This document shows positions 11,406-22,527 of a DNA stretch of 64,000 nt, one piece after another. Numbering within the stretch: the stretch's first letter is position 1; each line of letters begins with the position of its first letter. Position numbers and translations under genes: made by a program. This DNA is from Escherichia coli. GTDB taxonomy: Bacteria > Pseudomonadota > Gammaproteobacteria > Enterobacterales > Enterobacteriaceae. The DNA lies in the NCBI RefSeq assembly GCF_017348835.2, contig NZ_CP071375.1; one strand, given 5' to 3'. Below the pieces are notes generated by a model. The model saw only the letters and a list, made by a program, of their open reading frames with translations. It made no database searches and was not told the origin of the DNA.

Positions 11406-11752
11406 AGTAAAACCTGGCATTTTACTCGTCGTCTTTTGGCTTACAGGTGCGGCAGCTGCGTTCGTTCACCCCTGTCACTTACTGTTATAAGCTCCCGGGG
11501 ATTCACTCACTTGCTGCCTTCCTGCAAACCAAAATCCATAGAGTAATTTGTTAATCATAGGCCGAAGCCGTTCTAGGTTTGCGTTGCGTTTGAGGAGGTA
11601 AATTGACCGCTATCCTGCAGTGATGTTGCCAGAGTTACGCACGCGTAAAGTAAGGTAAATAACTGAGTGGTTATTTTAGGGATGTAAGCGGTCAGGAATG
11701 GCGGTGAGCGGTTGGGTAAGAATTATTCATCGGGTGGATATGTGATTGAGAT

Positions 11753-11790
11753 CACAATAAAAATGCCCCTTCGACGAATGCGTGAAGGGG
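11753..11790 (-). terminator. rho-independent terminator after hpaC
   Basis: Hairpin gcccctTCgacgaatgcgtGAaggggc followed by a T run on the reverse strand. Confidence 0.55.
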
Positions 11791-11797
11791 CTGGAGC

Positions 11798-12310
11798 TTA
11801 AATCGCAGCTTCCATTTCCAGCATCACCGGATGGAAACGGCGTTTAAAGTAGATAAGTCCGTGACCTTCTGCACTGAGGATGATGTTTTTAATCTCCACC
11901 AGATACACCAGATGTGTGCCAATTGCCTGCACATCGCGGATCTCACCTTCAAGACTGGCCAGCGAACCTTTCAGCACCGGCTGTGCCAGCGGACCTTTTT
12001 GCCAGCATGAGAGGCTAAAACGCTCTTCCATCGCCATGCCTGTCATGCCCGCGAAGTGGCGGGCCATCAGCTCCTGCTCATGATTGAGGACGTTGACGCA
12101 CAACTTACCGTTGCCCTGAAAAACCGGGTTCATCGCACTGTTGGCGTTAATGCACACCATCAGCGACGGTGGTGTATCCGTGACCGAGCAGACAGCCGTT
12201 GCCGTAATCCCGCATTGTCCGGCGTCGCCCTCGGTGGTGATAATATTTACCGCTGCCGACAGGCTGGCCATCGCGTCACGAAAGCGCAGGCGTTGTTCAT
12301 CTAATTGCAT
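11798..12310 (-). CDS. hpaC: 4-hydroxyphenylacetate 3-monooxygenase reductase component (flavin:NADH reductase)
   Basis: 170 aa MQLDEQRLRFRDAMASLSAAVNIITTEGDAGQCGITATAV..., recognised as HpaC. Confidence 0.9.
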   Translation of the reverse strand: MQLDEQRLRFRDAMASLSAAVNIITTEGDAGQCGITATAVCSVTDTPPSLMVCINANSAMNPVFQGNGKLCVNVLNHEQELMARHFAGMTGMAMEERFSLSCWQKGPLAQPVLKGSLASLEGEIRDVQAIGTHLVYLVEIKNIILSAEGHGLIYFKRRFHPVMLEMEAAI

Positions 12311-12327
12311 CTTAACCTCCTGCTGCG

Positions 12328-13890
12328 TTATTTCAGCAGCTTATCCAGCATGTTGATATCGTCGTTGTTGTGCAGGTGAGGCACAGTCCAGCCGTTCTGG
12401 TCGTATTCCGACAGGCAGCGATCAACCATCGCCATCATCTTGTCCATATTGCCGGAGCTTTGTGCCTGGCGCAGACACTGCAGGCGAATCTCATCCTGGC
12501 TACCGGAGTAGTTGATTTCATACAGTTCGTGACGACCACCAAACTCGCTGCCAATGGCATCCCACATCAGTTTGAGGATCTTGATGCGCTGGACGTGATC
12601 CATACCGTTCGAACCGCGCACATACTTCGCCAGATACTGGTCGATCTGCGGATTGTTCAGGTCACGGGCACTGGAAGGGAGATAGATCAGGCCACTGGTA
12701 ACGTTGCGTTCGATAATGTTTTTGATCTTCGCGTAGGCCATTGGTGCCAGTACGCGATAGGTTTGTAGTGCGGCATGATCCGGTAAATAAGCCCCGTTGA
12801 CCCACGGCGTCGCTTCAGAACACATCGAGTCACTCAATGCCCAGAAGGTGTTGCGCCACGCCACCACTTCACCGAGATCGGCCTGCACACCACGGAACTC
12901 CAGGGTGCCGGTACATTCGAGTGATTTTTTCAGCAGTGCCGTAATGAAGTCGAGTTTCACTGCCAGGCGCACACAGGCTTGCAGAGGATACATACGGGCG
13001 AAACCGCCTTCCATCGTCCAGCGACGGCAGCGATCAAAATCGCGGTAGATCAGTACGTTTTCCCATGGGATCAGCACGTTATCCATCACCAGAATCGCAT
13101 CATTCTCATCAAAGCGGCTGGAGAGCGGGTAGTCGTACGGCGAGCCGGTAGCACCCGCGACCATCTCATAAGAGGCGCGGGAGATTAATTTCACGCCATC
13201 GGCATCCATTGGCGCAACGAACATCAGTGCGAAGTCCGGGTTTTCGCCCATCACTTGTGCCGAGCCGAAGCCAATCATGTTGTAGTGAGTCAGCGCCGAG
13301 TTGGTGGCAACCACTTTCGCACCGCTGACGATAATCCCGGCGTCAGTCTCTTTTTCCAGCTTGATGTAAACGTCTTTCACTTTATCGGTCGGCAAATGAC
13401 GATCGATCGGTGGGTTAACAATCGCGTGGTTAAAGTAGAGGCCAGTTTCCTGAATACGGGTGTACCAGTTACGGGCGTTCTGCTCGAACTGACCGTAAAA
13501 GCCCGGATTCGCGCCCAGTGCGCAACCGAAAGCAGCTTTGTAGTCTGGGGTACGGCCCATCCAGCCATAGCTCAGGCGTGACCACTCAGCGATGGCGTCG
13601 CGTTGCTGGCACAGGTCGTCGGCACTTTTCGCCACGCGGAAGAATTTATGGGTATAGCCGCCGCTGCCGGTGTCGGTGTTCCAACACAGAGAGTCCTGCA
13701 TCTCCGGTTTGTGCAGCGCGTCGTACAGTTGGGCAACAGACGCTGCCGCATTACGAAATGCCGGATGAGTGGTGACGTCTTTCACTCGCTCGCCATAGAT
13801 ATAGATCTCGCGACCATCCTGCAGGCTTTTCAGGTACTCTTCCCCGGTGAACGGACGTTGGGTACTGGCGCGGAAATCTTCTGGTTTCAT
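12328..13890 (-). CDS. hpaB: 4-hydroxyphenylacetate 3-monooxygenase oxygenase component
   Basis: 520 aa MKPEDFRASTQRPFTGEEYLKSLQDGREIYIYGERVKDVTTHPAF..., recognised as HpaB. Confidence 0.92.
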   Translation of the reverse strand: MKPEDFRASTQRPFTGEEYLKSLQDGREIYIYGERVKDVTTHPAFRNAAASVAQLYDALHKPEMQDSLCWNTDTGSGGYTHKFFRVAKSADDLCQQRDAIAEWSRLSYGWMGRTPDYKAAFGCALGANPGFYGQFEQNARNWYTRIQETGLYFNHAIVNPPIDRHLPTDKVKDVYIKLEKETDAGIIVSGAKVVATNSALTHYNMIGFGSAQVMGENPDFALMFVAPMDADGVKLISRASYEMVAGATGSPYDYPLSSRFDENDAILVMDNVLIPWENVLIYRDFDRCRRWTMEGGFARMYPLQACVRLAVKLDFITALLKKSLECTGTLEFRGVQADLGEVVAWRNTFWALSDSMCSEATPWVNGAYLPDHAALQTYRVLAPMAYAKIKNIIERNVTSGLIYLPSSARDLNNPQIDQYLAKYVRGSNGMDHVQRIKILKLMWDAIGSEFGGRHELYEINYSGSQDEIRLQCLRQAQSSGNMDKMMAMVDRCLSEYDQNGWTVPHLHNNDDINMLDKLLK

Positions 13891-14140
13891 ATCGACCTCT
13901 ACAGTATTAATCGGAATACGATTGTTAATTTTGTGTGTTGTTTTTGTTATTCAATTGAAGCTTGCAGGGACGATTACGGGAAGACACTTTTGGGACAATG
14001 GCTGGTACTTTTCAGGTCGGGTACGGTTTTGTGATCGCGGTCGCTTTTAGCGATTTTTGACGTTACTAAATCCCCTTGCTCCAGGCGGAGAAAGGGGAAT
14101 AGCAGGTGGTGCCTGGTTTCCCGTTAAGGCTAAGGGATTT

Positions 14141-15031
14141 TCACGTCACAGGTACTTTTTTGGCGCGATAAGCACTGGGCGAGCAACCGACTAAGCGATT
14201 AAAAAAGCGCGCAAAATAAGCCGGATCCTTAAAACCGAGTTGCCAGGCAATATTGTTCACGGCGTTATCAGAAAACAGCAGCAGCCGCTTGGCTTCTCGT
14301 AACTGCCTGTCGAAAATCAACCGTTTTGGCGGACGGTTGGCAAAGCGGCGGCAGATGTCCGTGAGTCGTGATTCGGTGATATGCAGTTCGTTAGCGTAAT
14401 CCGGTACTGTCCAGTGCTGATGAAAATGGCTTTCAATCAGCATATGAAAACGCTGGAACAGTTTTAATTCTCCGCGCATCCCGCTGGCGGCATGGTCGTC
14501 GAGTTTTGCATTACGCAGCAGTAGGGTGAACACTGCCTGTGCCAGTAACGTCAGGGTGTGTTCCCGTCCAGGCAGTTGTTCCACCGATTCCCGCTCTATC
14601 AGTTGCCAATAGTGTTCCAGCGCCGCCAGTTCGTCGGGTTTATCTGCCAGTGACAGGCAAATCCCCGGCAGGCCGAAGGTTTCCCGAGTGCCCGGATAAA
14701 GAACTTCCAGCAGGGGCCAGATCAGATCTTCCCGTACCGTCAACACATGACCGTCGGCGTCAGACTCCGTAATAAACGCATGAGGTACTGACGGCGGCGT
14801 CAGGACAAACAGGGGCGCTTCCACCGAGTAGCGATGATCGTCAAGCTGTAGCTCAATCTGTCCGCTATTGAGGAAATGCATCTGAAAGTACTGTTCGTGG
14901 CGATGTGGCAGCATATGGCGGCCAAAAAAGGCCGCCATGCGGGCGAAGGACTGATAATGCACATCGTCCGTGCCCAGGCTTTCATCGTACTCTTTGCTGA
15001 TATCAATATTGGCAATCTGACGGTCACACAT
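14141..15031 (-). CDS. hpaA: AraC/XylS-family activator of hpaBC
   Basis: 296 aa with C-terminal AraC HTH; sits between hpaX and hpaB as in described hpa clusters. Confidence 0.85.
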   Translation of the reverse strand: MCDRQIANIDISKEYDESLGTDDVHYQSFARMAAFFGRHMLPHRHEQYFQMHFLNSGQIELQLDDHRYSVEAPLFVLTPPSVPHAFITESDADGHVLTVREDLIWPLLEVLYPGTRETFGLPGICLSLADKPDELAALEHYWQLIERESVEQLPGREHTLTLLAQAVFTLLLRNAKLDDHAASGMRGELKLFQRFHMLIESHFHQHWTVPDYANELHITESRLTDICRRFANRPPKRLIFDRQLREAKRLLLFSDNAVNNIAWQLGFKDPAYFARFFNRLVGCSPSAYRAKKVPVT

Positions 15032-15040
15032 CGTCGTTCC

Positions 15041-16417
15041 TTACGGGGTCGCTCGCGGACGGGAGGACTGCATTGGAATCGCCCAGATAATCCCCGCACC
15101 AATCACCAGCAGCGCGGCAACAAACCACAATCCACTGTTAAAGCTGCCGGTCAAATCTTTCAACCAGCCGATCATAAACGGACTTAACGCTGAACCAATG
15201 TTGCCAGTGGCGTTGATCACCGCAATACCGATCGCTCGTGCCCGCAGGCTGATGGACTGATCCGGTGTTGTCCAGAAAATCGCCATTGCGCTGAATGATC
15301 CGGTCGAAGCCATAATGATCCCCAGCATCTGGATCATGTTGTGATCAGTTGCCGAAGCCAGTAACCAACCTGCGGCAGCGAACAAATAAGGAAGGGCGGT
15401 GTGATGCCTTCGTTCCTGGCGGCGATCTGAGTGACGGCTCCAGTAGACCATCCCGAGAATGGTACAAATCTGCGGTACGGCGGCCAGCAGGCCGATGGTG
15501 ATATTACTGCTGCCCTGATTAAAACTTTGCAGGATCTGCGGTGTCCAGATGCTGATCGCACTAAGTGTGTTGGTCAGGCAGAAATACGCCAGGGTATACA
15601 TCATCACCACCGGAGTGAAGATCTCCCGCCACATACTGCGTTGTTGCATGGCGTGGTGGCTGATGGCTCCCTCTGGCTGAACCAGCGTCAGACGATCGTT
15701 ATCCATCATCTCTTGCAGGCATTTTTTGTCTTCTTTCGTCAGCCACTTAGCTTTGTCCGGTGAGTCATCAAGCCAGAACCACACCATGACGCCGAGTAAT
15801 ACCGACGGGAAGCCTTCCAGCAAAAACAGCCACTGCCAGCCTTTTAATGCCATGACGCCATCCAGCGACAAAATGTAGCCGGAAACGATCGATCCCAACG
15901 CTGTCGTTACCGGCATTGCCACCATAAACAAGGCGTTGGCACGGGCGCGGAAATAGGCCGGAAACCAGAAGGTTAAATACAGCAGAATGCCAGGCAGAAA
16001 GCCGGCTTCGGTAATGCCAACCAGTATACGCAGTACGTACAAGCTGGTGGGGCCAGTGGCAAACATGGTGGCAGTAGAGGCGATGCCCCAAAGCACCATG
16101 ATGGTGGCGATCCAGCGCCGCGCACCGACAATACTCAGCATAATGTTGCTGGGAATGCCGAAGATGACATAAGCGGCATAGAACAGGGTGGTAGCGAGGC
16201 CAAACATGGTGGCGCTCAGACCGAGGTCGCGTCCCATCGTGAGTCCGGCAAAGCCGATGTTGATGCGATCAAGGAACGAGAAGATAAACAGCACGAACAG
16301 AAAGACGATCAGGCGGCGAAATAGCTTCTTAATAACCGCCTGTTGTCCGGCAGTCAGCGCTTTATGCTGATTCGCCGGATCGATACTCTCCGGTATGGCA
16401 GGTGAGGTGTCGCTCAT
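15041..16417 (-). CDS. hpaX: 4-hydroxyphenylacetate permease (MFS)
   Basis: Product from MSDTSPAIPESIDPANQHKALTAGQQAVIKKLFRRLIVFLFVLFIF...; start taken at 16417. Confidence 0.88.
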   Translation of the reverse strand: MSDTSPAIPESIDPANQHKALTAGQQAVIKKLFRRLIVFLFVLFIFSFLDRINIGFAGLTMGRDLGLSATMFGLATTLFYAAYVIFGIPSNIMLSIVGARRWIATIMVLWGIASTATMFATGPTSLYVLRILVGITEAGFLPGILLYLTFWFPAYFRARANALFMVAMPVTTALGSIVSGYILSLDGVMALKGWQWLFLLEGFPSVLLGVMVWFWLDDSPDKAKWLTKEDKKCLQEMMDNDRLTLVQPEGAISHHAMQQRSMWREIFTPVVMMYTLAYFCLTNTLSAISIWTPQILQSFNQGSSNITIGLLAAVPQICTILGMVYWSRHSDRRQERRHHTALPYLFAAAGWLLASATDHNMIQMLGIIMASTGSFSAMAIFWTTPDQSISLRARAIGIAVINATGNIGSALSPFMIGWLKDLTGSFNSGLWFVAALLVIGAGIIWAIPMQSSRPRATP

Positions 16418-16462
16418 TTTTCTTCCTCTAATGGGATTTTTGTAGGGTACGACAAGGTTTAT

Positions 16463-16591
<129 letters not shown>

Positions 16592-17380
16592 TTAATACAC
16601 GCCGGGCTTAATCGCTGTAGCCTGCGCGCCAAACCGTGCTGCCAGCGCTTCAGCGGCGCGGGCGAGCAGGGTGGTGTCAACGCCGACGGCGACAAACAGC
16701 GCGCCCAGTTCCAGATAGCGTTTTGCCAGTTGCTCATTGGCGATCAGGATCCCTGGCGCTTTACCCGCTTCGCGGATCTGCACGATCGCCTGCTCAATGG
16801 CGGCCTGTACTTCCGGGTGCTGCGGATTACCGGCATAACCCATATCGGCGCTCAGATCCGCCGGGCCGATAAACACGCCGTCGACGCCTTCCACGTCCAG
16901 AATCTGCGGTAAGTTCTTCATTGCCTCACGCGTTTCGATCTGCACCAGCACGCACATTTGATCGTTGGCTTTTTGCAGGTAATCAGGAATGCGATTCCAG
17001 CGCGAGGCGCGAGCCAGCGCACTGCCCACACCGCGAATACCGGCGGGGGGATAACGGGTGGCGCGTACCGCTTCACGGGCTTCGTCGGCGTTTTGTACCA
17101 TCGGCACCAGCAAGGTTTGTGTGCCGACATCCAGCAGTTGTTTGATTTGCACCGGATCGTTCCACGACGGACGTACCACCGGCTGGCTGGGGTAGGGCGC
17201 AATCGCCTGTAGCTGGGTGAGCACGGTTTGCACGTTATTCGGCGCGTGCTCACCGTCGATCAATAACCAGTCGAATCCTGCTCCGGCCAGTAACTCTGCG
17301 CTGTAGCTGCTACTTAGCCCCAGCCATAATCCGATCTGCGGGCGGCCTGCTTTCAGCGCCGCTTTAAAACTGTTTTCCAT
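16592..17380 (-). CDS. hpaI: 4-hydroxy-2-oxoheptanedioate aldolase
   Basis: 262 aa from [48 protein letters not shown]... Confidence 0.9.
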   Translation of the reverse strand: MENSFKAALKAGRPQIGLWLGLSSSYSAELLAGAGFDWLLIDGEHAPNNVQTVLTQLQAIAPYPSQPVVRPSWNDPVQIKQLLDVGTQTLLVPMVQNADEAREAVRATRYPPAGIRGVGSALARASRWNRIPDYLQKANDQMCVLVQIETREAMKNLPQILDVEGVDGVFIGPADLSADMGYAGNPQHPEVQAAIEQAIVQIREAGKAPGILIANEQLAKRYLELGALFVAVGVDTTLLARAAEALAARFGAQATAIKPGVY

Positions 17381-17390
17381 CGTTCTCTCC

Positions 17391-18194
17391 TTAAACAAAG
17401 CGGCAGCTAATGGAGCCCATGTTGCCGTAATCGACGTGGAAGGTATCGCCCTTACGCGCCGGAACCGGGCGGGTGAACGAACCGCCGAGAATGATTTGCC
17501 CGGCTTCCAGTTGTACGTCATACGGTGCGAGTTTGTTCGCCAGCCAGGCCACGCCGTTTGCCGGATGATTTAGCACACCAGCGGCGACGCCAGTTTCTTC
17601 AATCACGCCATTGCGATACATCAGGGCGGAGATCCAACGCAGATCCAGTTCGTCTGGTTTGATCGGACGACCGCCGAGGATCACTCCGGCGTTGGCGGCG
17701 TTATCAGAAATGGTGTCGAACACTTTGCGCGGGCGCTGGGTTTCCGGATCGATGTTGTGGCAGCGGGCGTCGATCAGCTCCAGCGCCGGGATCACGTAGT
17801 CCGTGGCGTTGTAGACGTCGAACAGCGTGCAGTTTGGCCCACGCAGCGGTTTTGCCAGCACAAAAGCCAGCTCCACTTCAATGCGCGGCACGATAAAGCG
17901 ATCGGTCGGGATATCGCTGCCATCGTGGAAGAACATGTCGTCCAGCAATGCACCGTAATCTGGCTCGCTGATTTGTGAGCTGGCCTGCATCGCTTTCGAG
18001 GTCAGGCCGATTTTGTGGCCTTTCAGCGTGCGGCCTTCGGCGATTTTCAGTCGGACCCATTCGCGCTGTACGGCGTAGGCGTCTTCAATGGTGATCTCCG
18101 GGTAATCCAGCGAGATCGCGCGGATCTGTTCACGCTGTTTTTCTGCCTGATCCAGACGCTGGGCGATCAGGGTGTGGGTGTGTTTATCGAACAT
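17391..18194 (-). CDS. hpaH: 2-oxo-hept-4-ene-1,7-dioate hydratase
   Basis: Product from [43 protein letters not shown]...; the start may instead be the upstream ATG at 18212. Confidence 0.85.
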   Translation of the reverse strand: MFDKHTHTLIAQRLDQAEKQREQIRAISLDYPEITIEDAYAVQREWVRLKIAEGRTLKGHKIGLTSKAMQASSQISEPDYGALLDDMFFHDGSDIPTDRFIVPRIEVELAFVLAKPLRGPNCTLFDVYNATDYVIPALELIDARCHNIDPETQRPRKVFDTISDNAANAGVILGGRPIKPDELDLRWISALMYRNGVIEETGVAAGVLNHPANGVAWLANKLAPYDVQLEAGQIILGGSFTRPVPARKGDTFHVDYGNMGSISCRFV

Positions 18195-18261
18195 AGCGAT
18201 ATCCTGTGGCATTGCCGGATGCGGCTGCGCCTTATCATCCAGCCTGGAAGCTGGTGCAAAT

Positions 18262-18642
18262 TTATTTAAACAACGCGTGTACGTTGTTCTGTTTGAAATT
18301 CAACGTCGGGTGCAGCTCTGCAATCTCAAATGAAAGCGCCAGGTAACGGCTCTCCATCAGTGAGGCGAAGTGCGTTTTAATCAGATCAAACAGCATTTCG
18401 CCTACTTCCTGACGGCTTTCCAGACTGCGCCCGCTGCCGATTTTTAGCGTCATATGCACAAAGGCGTAATCGTGCTTGCCATCAGCCATTTGCCAGGTAT
18501 CGATCCAGTGTGCCCGGCTACGTATTCCCCCAAGCGGAAAAATCCCCGTCGCCGCCAGTGCGGTGTTAACACTGGCAAACAGCTCAGGTAAGCGGGCTTC
18601 TTGACGAATATTTTCAGTACATTCCACGATAAAGTGCGGCAT
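18262..18642 (-). CDS. hpaF: 5-carboxymethyl-2-hydroxymuconate isomerase
   Basis: 126 aa [46 protein letters not shown]... Confidence 0.9.
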   Translation of the reverse strand: MPHFIVECTENIRQEARLPELFASVNTALAATGIFPLGGIRSRAHWIDTWQMADGKHDYAFVHMTLKIGSGRSLESRQEVGEMLFDLIKTHFASLMESRYLALSFEIAELHPTLNFKQNNVHALFK

Positions 18643-18651
18643 AAAACGTCC

Positions 18652-19503
18652 TTACGCGGGCAGCGGGAAAACAGCGTTAACCTGACCGGTGCCAGAGCTT
18701 GGGAACAGCTCGGTAATAAACTCCACCTTGCCGTCGTATTTATCCCAGCCGAGCATCCCCAGCAGCATCACCGTGTCGTGCATATTGCCTTCGCCGTAGC
18801 AGTAGTCGGCGTACTCCGGCAGCATATTGCAGAACTCTTTGAACTGGCCTTCGCGCCACAACTTCACCACGCGCTCGTCCATCTGGCGGTCGAACTCGCG
18901 GGTGTAGCTGTTCATCCCTTCTTCTGCACGCTGATCGTCAATAAAGCGGTGCGATAACGAACCGCTGGCAAGGACCGCCACGGTGCCGTCGTACTGTTCG
19001 ATCGCTTTCAGAATCGCTTCGCCCAGCTTGCGGCTGTCGGCAAAATCGTGAACCGTGCAGAAAGCCGAAATGGAGACCACTTTGAAGTGCTTGTCTTCAT
19101 TCATGTAGCGCATCGGCACCAGCGTGCCGTATTCCAGTTTCAGGCTGGGAATGTTGTGCGCTTTTGCCCGCACGCCGAGCTTTAAGGCTTCAACGGCAAT
19201 AAGCTGCCCCAACTCCGGGTTGCCCTCGTAGTTGTAGGTCATGTCACGAATAAAATGCGGCAGCTCGTTGCTGGTGTAGACGCCTTCAAAATGGTCTGCA
19301 CAGTTGATGTGATAAGCACTGTTGACCAGCCAGTGAGTATCGAAAACAATAATGGTATCGACGCCCATTTCCCGGCAACGCTTGCTGATCTCTTTATGCC
19401 CGTCGATCGCGCCCTGGCGGCAACCGTGGTTTTTTCCTGGCAGTTCAGAGAGATACATCGACGGTACGTGCGTGATCTTGGCGGCTAACGCTAACTTACC
19501 CAT
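18652..19503 (-). CDS. hpaD: 3,4-dihydroxyphenylacetate 2,3-dioxygenase (extradiol)
   Basis: 283 aa MGKLALAAKITHVPSMYLSELPGKNHGCRQGAIDGHKEISKRCREMGVDT... Confidence 0.9.
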   Translation of the reverse strand: MGKLALAAKITHVPSMYLSELPGKNHGCRQGAIDGHKEISKRCREMGVDTIIVFDTHWLVNSAYHINCADHFEGVYTSNELPHFIRDMTYNYEGNPELGQLIAVEALKLGVRAKAHNIPSLKLEYGTLVPMRYMNEDKHFKVVSISAFCTVHDFADSRKLGEAILKAIEQYDGTVAVLASGSLSHRFIDDQRAEEGMNSYTREFDRQMDERVVKLWREGQFKEFCNMLPEYADYCYGEGNMHDTVMLLGMLGWDKYDGKVEFITELFPSSGTGQVNAVFPLPA

Positions 19504-19504
19504 A

Positions 19505-20971
19505 TCAGACTCCCCATTTCGGAATTGGATGGTCGCCCATGGAAATGCAGACGTTCTTCATTTCCGCGAACACTTCGAAGCTGTACTCACCGCCTTCACG
19601 CCCGGTGCCGGAGGCTTTTACGCCGCCAAATGGCTGGCGCAGGTCACGCACGTTCTGGGTGTTGACGAACACCATGCCAGCTTCAATGCCACGCGCCAGG
19701 CGTAACACTTTGCTGACATCCTGTGTCCAGATGTACGACGCGAGGCCGTACTCCACGTCGTTTGCCAGACGTAAGCCTTCGGCTTCGTCTTTAAACGGCA
19801 GCAGGCAGGCGACCGGCCCGAAAATCTCTTCCTGGGCGACTCGCATACGGTTATCAACGTCTGCCAGCACGGTTGGGCGCAGGAAGTTGCCGCCTTTCAG
19901 GTGCGCAGGCAGGTCGGACGGTTTATCCGGGCCGCCCGCCAGCAGGGTTGCGCCTTCTTCAATGCCGAGACGGATATAGCCGGAGACTTTTTCCCAGTGC
20001 TGCTGGCTGATAAGCGCCCCAACCTGGGTATTCGGATCGTTCGGATCGCCCACGCGCAGACGGTTGGCGCGTTCGGCAAAGCGTTTAACGAATTCCGGGT
20101 AGATGCTTTGCTGAATAAAGATGCGCGAACCGGCGGTGCAGCGCTCGCCGTTGATCGAGAAGATGGTGAACAGGGCGGCGTCCAGCGCGCGTTCAATATC
20201 GGCATCTTCAAAAATCAGCACCGGCGATTTACCGCCCAGTTCCATGGAGTATTTTTTCAGCCCGGCGTTTTTCATGATGTTGCGCCCGGTGGCCGTACCG
20301 CCGGTGAACGACACGGCACGTACGTCATGATGACGAACCAGCGCATCCCCTGCGGTTGCGCCGTAGCCCTGTACCACGTTCAGCACGCCTGCCGGAATAC
20401 CGGCTTCCAGCGCCAGCTCACCCAGGCGGTCAGCGGTCAGCGGGGAGAGTTCCGACATTTTCAGTACCGCGGTATTGCCCAGCGCCAGACACGGCGCGAC
20501 CTTCCATGTGGCGGTCATAAACGGTACGTTCCACGGCGATACCAGCGCACAAACGCCCACCGGCTGCACCAGCGTGTAGTTGAGCATCTTGTCGTCAACC
20601 GGATAGGTCTTGCCGTTCATCTGCTGGCAGACTTCCGCGAAAAATTCAAAGTTGTGGGAAGCGCGTGGGATCAACACATTTTTGGTCTGATGGATCGGCA
20701 GGCCGGTGTCCGCGGTTTCCATCGCGGCGATCTCTGGCACGTTCTGGTCGATCAGATCGCCCAGACGGCGCATCAGGCGCGCACGCTCTTTCATCGGCAG
20801 ATTGGCCCATTTCGGGAACGCCTCTTTCGCTGCCGCTACCGCCTGATTGATCTCCGCTTCACCGCCAGAGGCCACATCCGCCAGCACTTCACCCGTTGCC
20901 GGATTGGTGGTCTGGAAGTAGTCGTTACCTGCAACATTTTTGCCGTTGATCCAATGATTTACTTTTTTCAT
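19505..20971 (-). CDS. hpaE: 5-carboxymethyl-2-hydroxymuconate semialdehyde dehydrogenase
   Basis: 488 aa aldehyde dehydrogenase family; position within the hpa meta-cleavage operon. Confidence 0.9.
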   Translation of the reverse strand: MKKVNHWINGKNVAGNDYFQTTNPATGEVLADVASGGEAEINQAVAAAKEAFPKWANLPMKERARLMRRLGDLIDQNVPEIAAMETADTGLPIHQTKNVLIPRASHNFEFFAEVCQQMNGKTYPVDDKMLNYTLVQPVGVCALVSPWNVPFMTATWKVAPCLALGNTAVLKMSELSPLTADRLGELALEAGIPAGVLNVVQGYGATAGDALVRHHDVRAVSFTGGTATGRNIMKNAGLKKYSMELGGKSPVLIFEDADIERALDAALFTIFSINGERCTAGSRIFIQQSIYPEFVKRFAERANRLRVGDPNDPNTQVGALISQQHWEKVSGYIRLGIEEGATLLAGGPDKPSDLPAHLKGGNFLRPTVLADVDNRMRVAQEEIFGPVACLLPFKDEAEGLRLANDVEYGLASYIWTQDVSKVLRLARGIEAGMVFVNTQNVRDLRQPFGGVKASGTGREGGEYSFEVFAEMKNVCISMGDHPIPKWGV

Positions 20972-22257
20972 TTCGCTGTTTCCTCACTCACAATTCGGTT
21001 CACCAGGCAGCCCACGCCTTCTACTTCCACCACTACTTCATCGCCAGGCACCACGTCAGATAAGCCTTTTGGTGTGCCGGTGGCGATCATGTCGCCCGGA
21101 TTCAGGGTCATAAATTCGCTTAAGTAGGCGATCAGGAAGGGCACGCTGAAGATCAGATCGGCGGTGGTGCCTTGCTGGCGTAACTCGCCGTTGACGAAGG
21201 TGCGAAGGGTCAGATTATGCGGGTCCGGGATCGCCTCTTTCGGCACGATGGTTGAAAGCATCGGCGTCAGTCCGTCGCGGCTTTTTACCCGCAGGTTAGG
21301 GCGGTAGTAGTTTTCCAGATAGTCGCGAATGGCGTAGTCGTTACACACGGTGTAGCCCGCGACATAATCCATGGCATCGGCTTCGCTGACGTTACGCGCC
21401 TGTTTGCCAATAACTACCACCAGCTCCGCTTCATAGTGCATGTATTCAATATTGTTTGGACGCACGGAGGTCTGGTTATCGCCAGTGAGGGTATTTGGCG
21501 CTTTCAGGAACACCAGCGGTTCTTCCGGTGGCTTAAATTCCAGTTCGCTGGCGTGGTCGGCGTAGTTCAGGCCGAGGGCAAACAGCGTGCCGTGCGGGTG
21601 TGGCTGCGTTGGGAAGCTCTTGCGCGTGGTCACTTCACGTTCGTCCACTACCGGATTTTCCAGCGGCGGGAAACCTTCTGCGAGAACACGAACGCGATCG
21701 CCTGGCTGTATTTCCACGCGCGCCTGTGGCGTGCCGAGCAGAATGGCATCGCCTGGATTCAGTGTGGCAAATTCGCTCAGGGCGCTCAGCAACTGCGCGG
21801 CGTTACGTTGTAAATCGGCGGTATTCCAGTGATCGGCAGGACGCCCGTTGATCTCGGTATAGATGGTCAGATTATCGACATTGCTGAGAGCCACGGTTTC
21901 GCCAATGGGGCAGAATCCATCACGACATTTTGCTTTGATTGCCGGGCGGTAAAAGCTCTCTTCCGGCAGGCTGACGTCGTTAGCCAGCGCATATCCGGCG
22001 ATGTACTCTGCCGCATCTTCTTCACGTACTTTCGTCGCCGTTTTTCCCACAATCAGCGCAACAGTCGCACCGCTCAGTACCTTTTCACCCTGTGGAAAGG
22101 GAATCGGTTCACCGCAACCAATCACCGTATTGCGCGGTTTAATAAACCAGACCGCAGTTTTAGGCGGGGCTTTGTAGGGGGATTGCTGGAACGCGTCCTG
22201 CCATGCATCAAGCTGGCTGCGATGGTTCAACGCTACGGCGAAGATAGTGCCTTTCAT
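20968..22257 (-). CDS. hpaG: bifunctional 5-oxopent-3-ene-1,2,5-tricarboxylate decarboxylase / 2-hydroxyhepta-2,4-diene-1,7-dioate isomerase
   Basis: 429 aa from MKGTIFAVALNH...; tandem FAH-type domains; overlaps hpaE by 4 nt. Confidence 0.88.
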   Translation of the reverse strand: MKGTIFAVALNHRSQLDAWQDAFQQSPYKAPPKTAVWFIKPRNTVIGCGEPIPFPQGEKVLSGATVALIVGKTATKVREEDAAEYIAGYALANDVSLPEESFYRPAIKAKCRDGFCPIGETVALSNVDNLTIYTEINGRPADHWNTADLQRNAAQLLSALSEFATLNPGDAILLGTPQARVEIQPGDRVRVLAEGFPPLENPVVDEREVTTRKSFPTQPHPHGTLFALGLNYADHASELEFKPPEEPLVFLKAPNTLTGDNQTSVRPNNIEYMHYEAELVVVIGKQARNVSEADAMDYVAGYTVCNDYAIRDYLENYYRPNLRVKSRDGLTPMLSTIVPKEAIPDPHNLTLRTFVNGELRQQGTTADLIFSVPFLIAYLSEFMTLNPGDMIATGTPKGLSDVVPGDEVVVEVEGVGCLVNRIVSEETAK

Positions 22258-22282
22258 TACCACTCCTCGGATTCGATCATCT

Positions 22283-22306
22283 TAATCATTAATATGTTAA
22301 TGATTA
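22283..22306. promoter_or_regulatory. near-palindromic operator-like site TAATCATTA-N6-TAATGATTA in the divergent hpaG/hpaR promoter region; likely HpaR operator
   Basis: 9-bp inverted arms seen in sequence between the divergent hpaG and hpaR starts. Confidence 0.5.
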
Positions 22307-22527
22307 CTTTTATTCCCGATTGCGTAGTTTGGCAAAAGTAAGTGATGTAAATGTGATCTAATTAACAAACTATTTACATTTAAAGATAATAAAACATTAA
22401 ATATCAGTAAGTTAATAAAATATCATCAATTTTGATAAAATCAGGAATTGAGGGACAGCGCAGTCCCGGTAACGTGACGATTAACTGTTTCTATATTAAT
22501 GATTTTGAATTTTTCAGGGGAAAGATA

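Noticed and set aside
19901-21127. 408-aa ORF on the forward strand
   Set aside because: Antisense to hpaE/hpaG; no recognisable domain; the hpa genes on the opposite strand are confidently identified.
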